64,000 bases of DNA from Rhodocyclales bacterium (GCA_016235025.1 JACRMV010000006.1:172951-236950), one strand, 5' to 3'. Counted from the first letter of the stretch, positions 18,116 through 28,521 are shown. Notes: generated from the letters alone by a model not told the origin. Translations and numbers: made by a program.

Positions 18116-18478
18116 TTATGCTTTTTGCCTTAATAGCAAACCTCGCTGAACCTCACCTATCGCGCGTGAAATGGCCAGGGTTTCTTCAGAGGGAATTTGC
18201 CGGATCAGCTCACCTGTTTCGGTATCCACGACCTTCACGATCACCCGCTTCGTCGCGTCGTCCACGCTGAATTCGAGATTCCGGTTGGCTTGCCGCAGCA
18301 CGGAGTTGATTTTATCCACAGCTGTCTTCAGCTGCACCGCCGAGGGCTGCTGTACCGTCGATGCATCCGTAGCGGCCACGGCCACACCAGCAGCATCACC
18401 ACGTTGGGCCGTCGCACGACCGATGCGGTCCGGCAGCGGGACATTTTGATTCTGAAGATTTGCGTTTTGGACAATCAT
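18116..18478 (-). CDS. flaG: Flagellar protein FlaG
   Basis: LEFSVDDATKRVIVKVVDTETGELIRQIPSEE. Confidence 0.92.
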   Translation of the reverse strand: MIVQNANLQNQNVPLPDRIGRATAQRGDAAGVAVAATDASTVQQPSAVQLKTAVDKINSVLRQANRNLEFSVDDATKRVIVKVVDTETGELIRQIPSEETLAISRAIGEVQRGLLLRQKA

Positions 18479-18526
18479 CACAAACTCTCTCTCGATAAAA
18501 AGAGCAACTCGCACAAGGCTTGATCA

Positions 18527-18602
18527 TCCCGGGCTACGCATCCTGAGGAACGCAGCCCGGGAGTATCACATCAGAAATCCATCAGCGCGAGCATGATGGA
18601 TT
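18527..18602 (-). terminator. Two hairpins between flagellin and flaG
   Basis: TCCCGGGCT/AGCCCGGGA (18527-18562) and AATCCATCA/TGATGGATT (18576-18602), both perfect 9-bp arms; no clear U-tract. Confidence 0.45.
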
Positions 18603-18613
18603 CCTGACCGGGC

Positions 18614-19133
18614 TTAACGCAGCAGGCTCAGAACGCTGTTCGGCTGCTGGTTGGCTTGCGCCAGAATGGCCGAACCCGCCTGCTGCAGAATCGAGTTGCG
18701 CGTCATGTTGGTGGTTTCCACCGCGTAGTCCGTATCCATGATCCGGCTATACGCCGCCGAAGTATTGACCGACTGAACGCCCACCCAGAATGCGGGTGTT
18801 TTCAGCCACCAGCGCAGTGGTTTCCGTACCGGAAGCCGTGCCGCCCAACTGCACGGCGATTTCGCGCAGGCGCTGGAGGTTTTCAAGCACCTGCTGGTGA
18901 TAGCCGTCGTTGATTTGTGCCGTCGAAATACCATCATTGGCATTTCGCATCGCCTGGTTTGCACCGCGAATCTGACTGTCGTAACCCGTGGCCGTGACCA
19001 GACCGGTAGGATCGTCCTTGGCGCTATTGATACGCAGGCCGGAAGACAGGCGCTGCATCGCCGTTTGCAGTGCGTTGTTCGACCTGTTCAGCGCCTGCTG
19101 GGATGCTACGTTGGTGTTAATGACCTGTGCCAT
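18614..19133 (-). pseudogene. fliC: Short, divergent flagellin split by a frameshift near 18785 and lacking its middle
   Basis: Frame [34 protein letters not shown]; frame B ..[44 protein letters not shown]; about 174 codons in total. Confidence 0.8.
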
Positions 19134-19226
19134 GAAAGTTCTCCCTGGTTAAAAAATGAAATCCATTTCTACCCACTACCTCCGGTGTGCCTGGCTTACA
19201 AGGCAGTTATCCCGCAGTTGGAACCT

Positions 19227-19253
19227 TTAACGGGCGTCTGCCCAGAAACTTTA
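19227..19253 (-). promoter_or_regulatory. sigma28 (FliA) promoter of flagellin
   Basis: TAAAGTTT-N11-CCCGTTAA versus consensus TAAAGTTT-N11-GCCGATAA. Confidence 0.75.
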
Positions 19254-19543
19254 GGGGCTTTTCACCACCCATTTCCGGCCTTTGCCGTAGCAGAACACGC
19301 AAGGCAAAGCGCCCTCCATATAAGAAGGCAGGAGCAGCCGTCGAAAAATAACAATCAACCCGTTCGCAGGTCTCTTTTTGTCGCTACCCCGACCTCTCTT
19401 TGCCGCCATCCCGCCCCGGAATGTCTGAATCCGGGGCGGGATGACTGGCTAAGCTTCATTGCCGATCAAAAATGCAATCGCCCTGACGCACCCTACAGCT
19501 CCCGCATTTTTTTCCGTTATAGTCAGCACAAAGGAGTTCGCAC

Positions 19544-20929
19544 ATGCCCACAAGTTCGATTTCATCGCCAGGTATCGCCTCCGGACTGGATGTCAACGGT
19601 ATCGTCGCCAAGCTGATGGAGCTGGAACGTATCCCCTTGACCCGGCTGGCGACCAAAGAGACCAACTACAACGCCAAGTTGACGGCCTACGGCTCGATCA
19701 AGGGCGCCTTGTCCAGCCTGCAGACTGCGGCAGCAGCCCTGGCGGCAACGGCTACCTTCAATGCCAGGTCGGTCGCCGTCTCTGACGCGACCGTGGTTAC
19801 CGCCTCAGCTTCCAGTGCAGCAGCGGCGGGCAGCTACACCCTGAGCGTGACGCAACTGGCCAAGTTTCATACGCTGCGCAGCACCACGAACTATGCGGCG
19901 ACGACAGATACATTCAATACCGGCACCCTGGCCATCAGCATCGGTGGCGGTAGCGCCGTCAACATCACCATCGACAGCAGCAACAACACGCTCGCGGGCA
20001 TTCGCCAGGCCATCAATGATGCGAACGCCGGTGTAACCGCCACCATCCTGAACGATGGCACCACCAACCGGCTGGTGCTCACATCCACCACCAGCGGCGC
20101 GGTGGGCTCCATTGCCGTGACGGCCACGGATTCGGGCAGCGGCGGCGCCAATGCGCTCTCCGGGCTGGATTCCGCCAGCCTGTTGCAGACCCAGCCCGCC
20201 GATAACGCCCTTTTCAACATCAATGGAATCGACATCATCCGCTCCTCCAACACGGTTACGGATGCGATCGAGGGTGTCACCTTCAAACTGACCAAAGGCA
20301 CACCAGCCGCGCCGGGTACGGCTACCCTGGTGATCAATCGCAACACCGATGCCATCACTACGTCGATTGCCACCTTCACCAAGGCCTACAACGATGCCGT
20401 GGGCCTGTTGAAGACCAGTTCGAGCTTTAACGCGGCAACCAAGGTCGCCGCGGTACTCAATGGCGATAGCACGGTGCGCTCCCTTCAAGGGCAATTAAGC
20501 GATCTCGTGCACACCAGCGTCACCGGCATTTCCGGCGGCATCAGCACGCTGTCCGACATTGGCATCACGGTGCAAAAAGATGGCACGCTGGCGACCGACA
20601 GCACCAAACTGGCCGCCGCGCTGGCCGACCCGGCAAAAGATGTGACGGCCTTATTCACGCAAACCACGGCAGGTAACGAAGGCATTGCCGTGCGCTTTAA
20701 CGCCATGCTGAGAACCAGCATTGGATTCGACGGCCTGATCGCCAGCCGTACGGATGGTATTGCCGCCTCGCTCAAGCAAATTGGCGACAGCCGCGATGCA
20801 CTGAACCTGCGCCTGGCAAAACTCGAGGCGCGTTATCGCGCCCAGTTCACTGCGCTGGATACGATGATGGCAAACATGCAAAAAACCAGTCAATACCTGA
20901 CGCAACAGTTCAAAACTTCGAGCAACTAA
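19544..20929 (+). CDS. fliD: Flagellar filament cap protein
   Basis: ISSPGIASGLDVNGIVAKLM.., C-terminal RYRAQFTALDTMM. Confidence 0.95.
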   Translation: MPTSSISSPGIASGLDVNGIVAKLMELERIPLTRLATKETNYNAKLTAYGSIKGALSSLQTAAAALAATATFNARSVAVSDATVVTASASSAAAAGSYTLSVTQLAKFHTLRSTTNYAATTDTFNTGTLAISIGGGSAVNITIDSSNNTLAGIRQAINDANAGVTATILNDGTTNRLVLTSTTSGAVGSIAVTATDSGSGGANALSGLDSASLLQTQPADNALFNINGIDIIRSSNTVTDAIEGVTFKLTKGTPAAPGTATLVINRNTDAITTSIATFTKAYNDAVGLLKTSSSFNAATKVAAVLNGDSTVRSLQGQLSDLVHTSVTGISGGISTLSDIGITVQKDGTLATDSTKLAAALADPAKDVTALFTQTTAGNEGIAVRFNAMLRTSIGFDGLIASRTDGIAASLKQIGDSRDALNLRLAKLEARYRAQFTALDTMMANMQKTSQYLTQQFKTSSN

Positions 20930-20944
20930 TCCCGGGAGAACTTC

Positions 20945-21370
20945 ATGTCCTTCGCCGCCTCCAACACTGCGCAAACCTATGCCAGGGTCGGCCTGGAAAC
21001 CAGCGTTGCCACCGCCAGCCCCCATCAGTTGATCCTGATGCTGTTTGATGGCGCCCTGCTTGCCATCGCCAAAGCCGCCACGGCCATGCAACAAAAGAAT
21101 GTCGTGGACAAGGGACAGGTGATTTCCCACGCCATCGACATCATCTCCAACGGACTGGCCGCCAGCCTCAACTTTTCCGAGGGTGACGAACTGGCCAACC
21201 GGCTGGCGGCGCTTTACGACTACATGTGCAGACGTCTGCTGCACGCCAACCTGCACAACGACCTCGCCGCGCTGAACGAGGTCAGCCACCTGCTCGGTGA
21301 AATCAAGTCGGCGTGGGAAGAAATAGCCGACGATCCCGCCGTAGTTTCACCCAACAAGGCCGCCGCCTGA
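20945..21370 (+). CDS. fliS: Flagellin chaperone
   Basis: ATASPHQLILMLFDGA, LAALYDYM, EIKSAWEEI. Confidence 0.96.
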   Translation: MSFAASNTAQTYARVGLETSVATASPHQLILMLFDGALLAIAKAATAMQQKNVVDKGQVISHAIDIISNGLAASLNFSEGDELANRLAALYDYMCRRLLHANLHNDLAALNEVSHLLGEIKSAWEEIADDPAVVSPNKAAA

Positions 21371-21378
21371 GTCTTACC

Positions 21379-21735
21379 ATGCTGTCGATGCCAGCCCAAC
21401 TCGACCTTTACGAAGAAATCCGCGCCCTGTCCGGACGCATGGCGGAGTCTGCCCAGACCAACGACTGGGATCGCCTGATAGAACTCGAACGCCGTGTATC
21501 GGAGCTGCGCGACATACTCATGGCTGACGTCGAAAGCTTGCCTTTGAGCGGGGCCGAGAATGAACGCAAGCGCGAACTGATTCAGCAGATTCTCGAAGAC
21601 GATGCCGAGATTCGCCGCCATACCGAACCCTGGATGGAGCATGTGCGTCAATTTCTCGGCAGCCAGGGGCGACGACGGCAAGTGCAGCAAGCCTACGCCG
21701 CCGAATCAGGCCAGGGCATATCGGGCAGCCGCTAA
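21379..21735 (+). CDS. fliT: Flagellar chaperone FliT
   Basis: NDWDRLIELE..LIQQILEDDAEIRRHTEPW; follows fliS. Confidence 0.85.
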   Translation: MLSMPAQLDLYEEIRALSGRMAESAQTNDWDRLIELERRVSELRDILMADVESLPLSGAENERKRELIQQILEDDAEIRRHTEPWMEHVRQFLGSQGRRRQVQQAYAAESGQGISGSR

Positions 21736-21831
21736 GCGGCGCAGAGCCCGGCGAGCACCCCTGTGCCGCATGCCCTGCATACGGTGCAAAATCGAGCAGA
21801 TCCGGCTCCACTCCGAGGCTAATGGCTTGTC

Positions 21832-23028
21832 ATGGTAATGATTCCAACCGATGTCGGCGTACAGCTCCGCAGCCAGACCGAATCACCGCTCCATCCGGTA
21901 CGCCCCGTTGCGGAGATTCCCTCCGATCTGCCGGATTTACGGCCGGGGCAACCGTTCCGCGCCCGGATTCAGGAAGTTCTGCCCGAGAACACCTATAAAG
22001 CGCTGGTGGCAGGAAGATCGCTGACACTCTCGCTGCCCGAAGGTGCAAAAGCCGGCGACACGCTGGAACTGGTGGTCATCGACCGTACCCCGCGCGCCAT
22101 CGTGGCGCAACTGGCGGAACACCTTGCCGGCGCCACCGAGCCTTACCAGAACACCACGCTCTCGCGCACCGGACAATTGATCGCCACGCTGCTCTCGCGC
22201 CAGGGCGAAGCACCTGCCCCAACCGCGCTTACCCGTGGCCAGCCTCTTCTGGCGCAGACCCCGTCCAGCGCAGCCGGCCTGGCGCAACAACTGGCGCCCC
22301 GACTGGCCCAGGCGGTGACCGTGAGCGGACTGTTTTACGAGTCGCATCAAGTCCAGTGGGCGCTCGGACAACGCCCGCTCGCCAGTCTGCTCGCTGAACC
22401 CCAGGGACAGCACGCCCATCCCGACACGCTGGCGGGCGCGATGCCAGCAGAAGACGGGGCAAAACCGGCCGTGGCAGACGGCGGCGAAAAGTTCCCAGAG
22501 GGACGCACAGCGCTGGCGCTGGCAGGACGGCGCGAAACCGCTGCCGGCAGCCCGCCGCCCGTCTCGCTGCTGCAAACCCTGTTTGGCGGCGAAACGGCCA
22601 GGAGCGGAGCGGGCACAACAGAGTTGCCCGCACCAAACCAGCCGGCGGTGGCCCAGACGATTCCCGATGACTTGCGGCCCTTGGTGCAACAACAACTTGA
22701 CGCGGCCGCGACGCAGCGCCTGGCATGGCATGGCGAGGTCTGGCCAAAGCAAACGATGAACTGGGAAATCGAACGCGACCCCACGGCAAGCGCTGGCTCG
22801 ACGGAAGAGGCGACCTGGAACACCACGCTGCGCCTCACCCTGCCGCGCCTGGGCGCCATCGACGCCCGCGTGCAGTTGAGCGGGAAAAACCTCCGGCTCG
22901 CGCTCCATACACCCAGCGACAACAGCGCCGCCGTGCTTCAGGACGCCATTCCGGCCTTGCAACAGGCGCTGGCCACGGCGGGCCTGGCCTTGCTGGCGGT
23001 ACAGACGAAGCATGGCGAAATCACCTGA
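21832..23028 (+). CDS. fliK: Flagellar hook-length control (FliK-like) protein
   Basis: SGLFYESH, WHGEVWP, WNTTLRLTLPRLG C-terminal domain. Confidence 0.8.
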   Translation: MVMIPTDVGVQLRSQTESPLHPVRPVAEIPSDLPDLRPGQPFRARIQEVLPENTYKALVAGRSLTLSLPEGAKAGDTLELVVIDRTPRAIVAQLAEHLAGATEPYQNTTLSRTGQLIATLLSRQGEAPAPTALTRGQPLLAQTPSSAAGLAQQLAPRLAQAVTVSGLFYESHQVQWALGQRPLASLLAEPQGQHAHPDTLAGAMPAEDGAKPAVADGGEKFPEGRTALALAGRRETAAGSPPPVSLLQTLFGGETARSGAGTTELPAPNQPAVAQTIPDDLRPLVQQQLDAAATQRLAWHGEVWPKQTMNWEIERDPTASAGSTEEATWNTTLRLTLPRLGAIDARVQLSGKNLRLALHTPSDNSAAVLQDAIPALQQALATAGLALLAVQTKHGEIT

Positions 23029-23332
23029 CGACGATGCGCAGCGCACGCTCGCCGTGGCGCTGAAATACACGGCTGGCGCTACGGCCCCCACCGTGGTGGC
23101 GAAAGGGCGCGGCCTGATTGCCGAGGAGATCATTGCCCGAGCGAAAGAGCACGGCATTTATGTCCATGAGTCCCCGGCATTGGTCGCCCTGCTCGCCCAG
23201 GTCGATCTGGATCAGCACATTCCGCCACAGCTTTATGTTGCAATTGCAGAATTGCTGGCCTGGCTGTATCGGGTGGAACACGGGGAAGCATTGGCCTTTT
23301 TCCCCGCGACCGACGTGAACAATCCGGGCTAG
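23012..23332 (+). CDS. FlhB C-terminal-like small protein (EscU/YscU/HrcU family)
   Basis: AVALKY..APTVVAKGRG..IPPQLYVAIAELLAWLY. Confidence 0.9.
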   Translation: MAKSPDDDAQRTLAVALKYTAGATAPTVVAKGRGLIAEEIIARAKEHGIYVHESPALVALLAQVDLDQHIPPQLYVAIAELLAWLYRVEHGEALAFFPATDVNNPG

Positions 23333-23367
23333 AATTCACCGAGTACGTTGCTCGCCTCCCCCTCAAG

Positions 23368-24171
23368 ATGACCCATCCCGTCACTGAATCCGTTCCCAGC
23401 CCGACGCCCGCCCCGGAACCCGGCGCAGATATGCTGTCCCTCGATGAGTTCAGTCAGTATCTGTTGCGCACCAAGGGTGAGATGTTCACTGTCTTTCGCG
23501 GCCTGATCGAACATGTGGCGCAGCTCACCCTGTTTTTCAACGAAGGGCGCGACATGCTGCTCACCAGCCTGGTGAGCTACAGCGATGCTGGTTTGGTTCT
23601 CGATTTCGGCGCCAGCGCGGAGATGAACCGCAAGGCACTGGAGGCAGACAAACTTTTCTGCGCCGCCAAACTGGACAAGGTAAAAATCCAGTTCGTCCTG
23701 CGCGGGGTAAAGCGCATCGAAGCCAATGGCCGCCCGGCTTTCCTTGCCCCGCTGCCAGACAGTCTTCTGCGCCTGCAACGGCGTGAATACTACCGGCTGC
23801 CGACACCGATCGCGCGACCGCTCAAGTGCACGATCGACTTCCCTGTCGTGGGCGGCTCAACCCACCGGATTGAATCCAACGTCGCCGACATCAGCGGCGG
23901 CGGCGTTTGCCTGACCGGCCTGCCATCGCATTTGCCGCTTGAGAAGGACATGGAGCTTCCTGGCTGCACCATCGGGTTGCCCGAGGTGGGATCGATCGCC
24001 GCTGCCCTGCGCCTGCGCAGCGTGGAGGAAGTCATCAGCCACAGCGGTGTCCGCAGCAAACGCGCGGGCTGCGAGTTCATGAAGCTGACGGGGCCGATGG
24101 CGACGCTGATTCAGCGTTACATCATCAAGACCGAACGCGAGCGCAAAGCCCGCGAATCGGGCATGGCCTGA
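23368..24171 (+). CDS. ycgR: c-di-GMP-binding flagellar brake (YcgR-N + PilZ)
   Basis: PilZ motifs QRREYYR and DISGGG. Confidence 0.9.
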   Translation: MTHPVTESVPSPTPAPEPGADMLSLDEFSQYLLRTKGEMFTVFRGLIEHVAQLTLFFNEGRDMLLTSLVSYSDAGLVLDFGASAEMNRKALEADKLFCAAKLDKVKIQFVLRGVKRIEANGRPAFLAPLPDSLLRLQRREYYRLPTPIARPLKCTIDFPVVGGSTHRIESNVADISGGGVCLTGLPSHLPLEKDMELPGCTIGLPEVGSIAAALRLRSVEEVISHSGVRSKRAGCEFMKLTGPMATLIQRYIIKTERERKARESGMA

Positions 24172-24180
24172 TCGGAACGG

Positions 24181-25020
24181 CTATCGCGTTTTTCTTGGCG
24201 ACGTCTTCGCCGCAGCCTGTTCCGCCCTCTTCGCCGCCTCATACAGCGGCATCACTTCGGGCAGGTGGCGTTCAATATCCTTGATCCGATTCTGCCCCGC
24301 CGGGTGAGTCGATAAGAACTCCAGCGGCGCGCCCTGGTTGGCGGCCATCATCTTCTGCCACAGGGTTACCCCGGCACGCGGATCGAATCCGGCACGGGCG
24401 GCCAGATCAAGTCCAACCACATCCGCGTCATTCTCGTCACTGCGCGAGAATTTGAGATTCAGCAAGTCGCCGCCGAAACGGAAAGCGCCGGCATAGCGGC
24501 CGCCACCGATCAGCTCGCCCAGCAGCCCGGCACCCAGTTGCGTCAGGCCGCTCTTGGCCATGCGCTCGCGCGCGTGCTCGCGCAGGGCATGGGCGATTTC
24601 GTGGCCCATCACCATCGCCAGTTCATCGTCGGTCAGCTTCAGGGTATCGATGAGGCCGGTATAGACGGCAATCTTGCCGCCCGGCATGCAAAAAGCATTG
24701 ATCTGCTTCGAGCCGATCAGGTTTACCTCCCACTGCCACTGGTTGGCGCGCGGGTTGTAGCGTCCGGCCAGCGGAATCATGCGCCCGGCGATGGCGCGCA
24801 GGCGCTTGACCTGCGGATGATTATCCGGTCCCAACGCGCCTTTCGCGGCGGCCTGCTGTTTCAGTTGTTCATACTGCTGCGCCGACTGCTGCTCGACCTC
24901 GGCCGCCGGCACCAGGTTGCGCAGCGCGGACGGCTTGCCGACATTGACACCATCCGCATTGGCCGGCAACGCGCAGCCAAGTGCCAGGGACAAAAGACAT
25001 GAAAAAAACAGTTTCAGCAT
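24181..25020 (-). CDS. M48 family metallopeptidase
   Basis: NAFCMPGGKIAVYTG, GHEIAH, SRSDENDAD, STHP. Confidence 0.9.
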   Translation of the reverse strand: MLKLFFSCLLSLALGCALPANADGVNVGKPSALRNLVPAAEVEQQSAQQYEQLKQQAAAKGALGPDNHPQVKRLRAIAGRMIPLAGRYNPRANQWQWEVNLIGSKQINAFCMPGGKIAVYTGLIDTLKLTDDELAMVMGHEIAHALREHARERMAKSGLTQLGAGLLGELIGGGRYAGAFRFGGDLLNLKFSRSDENDADVVGLDLAARAGFDPRAGVTLWQKMMAANQGAPLEFLSTHPAGQNRIKDIERHLPEVMPLYEAAKRAEQAAAKTSPRKTR

Positions 25021-25919
25021 TATTCACCCTCCCCTCCCAATGCCTCGGTCAAATGGGTCAAAAGTTGCGCCAGTTCACCCGCCATGAGGCTGAAGTCGGC
25101 GGCGAACAAGTCATCGGCATTCTCCGCCTGGCGCTCGGCATCTTCCTTGAGCAGATCAAGAAAGGCCAGGCGCTTTACCTGCAACTGCTCGGTGAGGACA
25201 AATGAAATGCGGTCATTCCATGTCAGCCCCAGCCGCGTCGCGGTTTTCCCGGCGGCGATATGGGCGCGCACATCGTCGCTGTCCAGATTGTGGCGGACAT
25301 ACCGCACGGCGGCACGCTCCTCGACCGCCGCGCACAATTCGCAATCGCGATCAATGCTGAAGCTGCCGGGCGCGGCGCCCGCCGCCAGCCACTGCGTCAT
25401 CGCCGTGGCTGGCGCCAGTTGCGTTTTCAGCAACGTCAGCGGCACTTCGCCGAGGACGAGTTTCAAGTGTTCGATGACTTCGTCGGCACGACCACTGGAG
25501 GCCGCATCGACCACCAGCCAGTGGTTGACGGGATCAATCCAGACGTAGGTCAGGCTGCGTTTGGCAAAGGCGCGCGGCAGCAGCTCCAGTTCGATCTGGT
25601 CGCTGATTTCGCGCGCCTGCTTGCGTCCCGGCTTGTAGCCCTGCGCCGCCTCGACTTCGGCCAGTTTGGCCTGCGCATACTGGCGCACCACCGAGGATGG
25701 CAGCAGTTTCTGCTCGACGCCCAGCGCAATCATCTGCTGGCGCTGCATCGAGAACACCAGCTCGCCATTTTCGCCGCGTGGCGGCACCCAGCCGCGTGCC
25801 ACGCGATCAGTGGCGCCGCAGCCCTGAAATACGCCGCGCGCGAGCTTTTCGGTCAATGCCTCATTGGAATAGTCCCAGGAATCGGTCAGGCAAAAAATTT
25901 GTAGATTACGAAACCACAT
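25020..25919 (-). CDS. rdgC: Recombination-associated protein RdgC
   Basis: MWFRNLQIF, EQKLLPSSVV, LGLTWNDRISFVL. Confidence 0.95.
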   Translation of the reverse strand: MWFRNLQIFCLTDSWDYSNEALTEKLARGVFQGCGATDRVARGWVPPRGENGELVFSMQRQQMIALGVEQKLLPSSVVRQYAQAKLAEVEAAQGYKPGRKQAREISDQIELELLPRAFAKRSLTYVWIDPVNHWLVVDAASSGRADEVIEHLKLVLGEVPLTLLKTQLAPATAMTQWLAAGAAPGSFSIDRDCELCAAVEERAAVRYVRHNLDSDDVRAHIAAGKTATRLGLTWNDRISFVLTEQLQVKRLAFLDLLKEDAERQAENADDLFAADFSLMAGELAQLLTHLTEALGGEGE

Positions 25920-25962
25920 GATGAATAGACCTGTAGCCAAGGGGGTACGATTTTAGCGTCCG

Positions 25963-25987
25963 CGCCGCATCACCAGCACCGACTTTT
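25963..25987 (-). repeat. Dispersed 25-bp motif, copy 5
   Basis: AAAAGTCGGTG-CTGGTGAT-GCGGCG, just after the decarboxylase stop. Confidence 0.75.
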
Positions 25988-25993
25988 TCAGGC

Positions 25994-28234
25994 TCAGGCG
26001 CGCACGCAGTCGACGTAATAGCGCACGCTGCCGTTGCTGCCATCCTTGACCAGGCCGTGGATATCGGTCTCGAAACCGGGGAATTTCTCGTTGAAATCGC
26101 GGGCGAATTTCAGATAGCGAACGATGGTGTCATTGAATCGTTCGCCCGGAATCAGCAACGGAATGCCCGGGGGGTACGGCGTCAGTAGCACGGCGGTAAT
26201 GCGGCCCTCGAGGTCTTCGATGGCGACACGGTCGATTTCCCGATGCGCCATCCTGGCGAAGGCATCGGCCGGACGCATCGCCGGCACCATGGTGGACAGG
26301 TACATTTCGGTGGTCAGGCGGGCAATGTCGTTGGCCTTGTACACCGCGTGAATCTGGGTGCACAAGTCCTTGAGGCCGACGCGCTCGTAGCGCGGATGCT
26401 TGGCGACGAACTCGGGCAGCACCTTCCACAGCGGATGGTTGCGGTCATAGTCGTCCTTGAACTGCTGCAAGGCGGTGACCAGCGTGTTCCAGCGGCCCTT
26501 GGTGATGCCGATGGTGAACATGATGAAGAAGGAATACAGGCCGCACTTCTCGACGATCACGCCGTGCTCGGCCAGGTATTTGGTGACGATCGCCGCCGGC
26601 ATGCCGATGTCGTCGGAGAAATCGCCATCGACATCGAGCCCCGGCGTGATCACGGTGGCCTTGATCGGGTCGAGCAGATTGAAGCCTTCGGCCAGGTTGC
26701 CAAAGCCATGCCAGCGCGCACCCGGCTTGAGCATCCAGGCTTCGCGCTCCTCGATACCCTCTTCCGAGAGATCGTCCGGGCCCCAGACCTTGAACCACCA
26801 GTCGACGCCCCATTCCTCATCGACCTTGCGCATGGCGCGGCGGAATTCCAGCGCCTCGGCAATCGATTCCTCGACCAGCGCCGTGCCGCCCGGCTCCTCC
26901 ATCATCGCCGCCGCGACATCGCAGGAGGCGATGATCGAATACTGCGGCGACGTCGAGGTATGCATCAGGTAGGCTTCGTTGAACACATCGCGGTCGAGCT
27001 TGTTCTGCTGCGCGTCCTGCACCAGGATCTGCGAGGCCTGCGAGAGACCGGCCAGCAGCTTGTGCGTCGATTGGGTGGAGAAGATCATTGACTCCGCGCA
27101 GCGCGGCCGGTCGGCGCCGATGGCGTGGTAATCGCCGTAAAAATCGTGGAAGGCGGCATGCGGCAGCCAGGCTTCGTCGAAATGCAGGGTATCGATCCGG
27201 CCATCGAGCATCTCCTTGATGTCCTCGACGTTGTAAAGAATGCCGTCATAAGTGCTCTGCGTGATGGTCAGCACCCGCGGCTTGGCCGTCTTGTCGGTAA
27301 TGAACGGGTTGGCGTCGATCTTTTTCCGGATGTTCTCCCAGAGGAATTCTTCACGCGGGATCGGCCCGATGATGCCATAGTTGTTGCGCGTCGGCATCAG
27401 GAACACCGGCACTGCGCCGGTCATCATGATCGCGTGCAGGATCGACTTGTGGCAATTGCGGTCGACCACCACGATGTCGCCGGGGGCGACCGTCGAATGC
27501 CAGACGATCTTGTTCGAGGTCGAGGTGCCGTTGGTGACGAAGAACAGGTGATCGGCATTGAAAATCCGCGCCGCATTGCGTTCCGAGGCCGCCACCGGCC
27601 CGGTATGGTCGAGCAGCTGGCCGAGCTCCTCGACCGCATTGCAGACGTCGGCGCGCAGCATGTTCTCGCCGAAGAACTGGTGGAACATCTGGCCCACCGG
27701 GCTTTTAAGGAAGGCGACGCCGCCCGAATGACCAGGGCAGTGCCAGGAATACGAACCGTCGGCGGCGTAATGCACCAGCGCGCGAAAGAACGGCGGCGGC
27801 AGCGAATCCATGTACGAACGTGCCTCGCGCACGACGTGGCGAGCGATGAATTCGGGCGTGTCCTCGAACATGTGGATGAAGCCGTGCAACTCGCGCAGGA
27901 TATCGTTCGGAATGTGGCGGCTGGTGCGCGTCTCGCCGTGCAAAAAGATGGGAATCTCGGCGTTCTTGTAGCGAATCTGCTCGACGAAGGTACGCAGCTC
28001 GGCAATGGTTTCTTCTTCCTCGTTGGCCAGTTCCTCGTCATCGACCGAGAGGATGAAGGCCGAGGCGCGGCTCTGCTGCTGGGCGAACGAGGACAGGTCG
28101 CCGTAGCTGGTGACGCCCAGCACGTCGATGCCTTCTTTCTCGATCGCCTCCGCCAGGGCGCGGATGCCCAGCCCCGAGGCGTTCTCCGAGCGGAAGTCTT
28201 CGTCGATGATGATGATCGGAAAATGAAATTTCAT
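25994..28234 (-). CDS. PLP-dependent Orn/Lys/Arg decarboxylase (wing-domain type)
   Basis: HCPGHSGG, DRNCHKS, HFDEAW, STHKLL (PLP Lys), PYPPGIP. Confidence 0.95.
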   Translation of the reverse strand: MKFHFPIIIIDEDFRSENASGLGIRALAEAIEKEGIDVLGVTSYGDLSSFAQQQSRASAFILSVDDEELANEEEETIAELRTFVEQIRYKNAEIPIFLHGETRTSRHIPNDILRELHGFIHMFEDTPEFIARHVVREARSYMDSLPPPFFRALVHYAADGSYSWHCPGHSGGVAFLKSPVGQMFHQFFGENMLRADVCNAVEELGQLLDHTGPVAASERNAARIFNADHLFFVTNGTSTSNKIVWHSTVAPGDIVVVDRNCHKSILHAIMMTGAVPVFLMPTRNNYGIIGPIPREEFLWENIRKKIDANPFITDKTAKPRVLTITQSTYDGILYNVEDIKEMLDGRIDTLHFDEAWLPHAAFHDFYGDYHAIGADRPRCAESMIFSTQSTHKLLAGLSQASQILVQDAQQNKLDRDVFNEAYLMHTSTSPQYSIIASCDVAAAMMEEPGGTALVEESIAEALEFRRAMRKVDEEWGVDWWFKVWGPDDLSEEGIEEREAWMLKPGARWHGFGNLAEGFNLLDPIKATVITPGLDVDGDFSDDIGMPAAIVTKYLAEHGVIVEKCGLYSFFIMFTIGITKGRWNTLVTALQQFKDDYDRNHPLWKVLPEFVAKHPRYERVGLKDLCTQIHAVYKANDIARLTTEMYLSTMVPAMRPADAFARMAHREIDRVAIEDLEGRITAVLLTPYPPGIPLLIPGERFNDTIVRYLKFARDFNEKFPGFETDIHGLVKDGSNGSVRYYVDCVRA

Positions 28235-28292
28235 GGCTGTTCCTCAGCGGCAACGGGGCTATGGAAAATCGGCCGACAAGCGCCAGGCGCCG

Positions 28293-28517
28293 TCATTTGC
28301 CAAGTGGGTACGGGTTAATCAGGCCAAGCATCAGGTCGGCCAGCACGGCGCGTACCTGCTGCTCGTCGCAGCCCATCAGCACGGCATCTTCCAGCGCATC
28401 CTGCGCCATCTGGCGGATTTCCTCGAAGTTCTCGCGCATCACCTTGTTCTTTTCGAAACAGGCGATGACCTGTCCATCGGCATCGCGCCAGACGATCGCA
28501 TCAAGCTCCAGCGCCAT
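28293..28517 (-). CDS. Small conserved hypothetical protein
   Basis: C-x-EK-x-KV..Q..QDALEDAVLMG..L.NPY pattern; in operon with dcd. Confidence 0.7.
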   Translation of the reverse strand: MALELDAIVWRDADGQVIACFEKNKVMRENFEEIRQMAQDALEDAVLMGCDEQQVRAVLADLMLGLINPYPLGK

Positions 28518-28521
28518 GGCC

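Noticed and set aside
18775-18795. Programmed frameshift rescuing the flagellin
   Set aside because: No canonical slippery site or stimulator, and the middle of the protein is missing regardless.
19442-19468. sigma28 promoter for fliD (GCCGATCA)
   Set aside because: Good -10 but no TAAA at the expected spacing.
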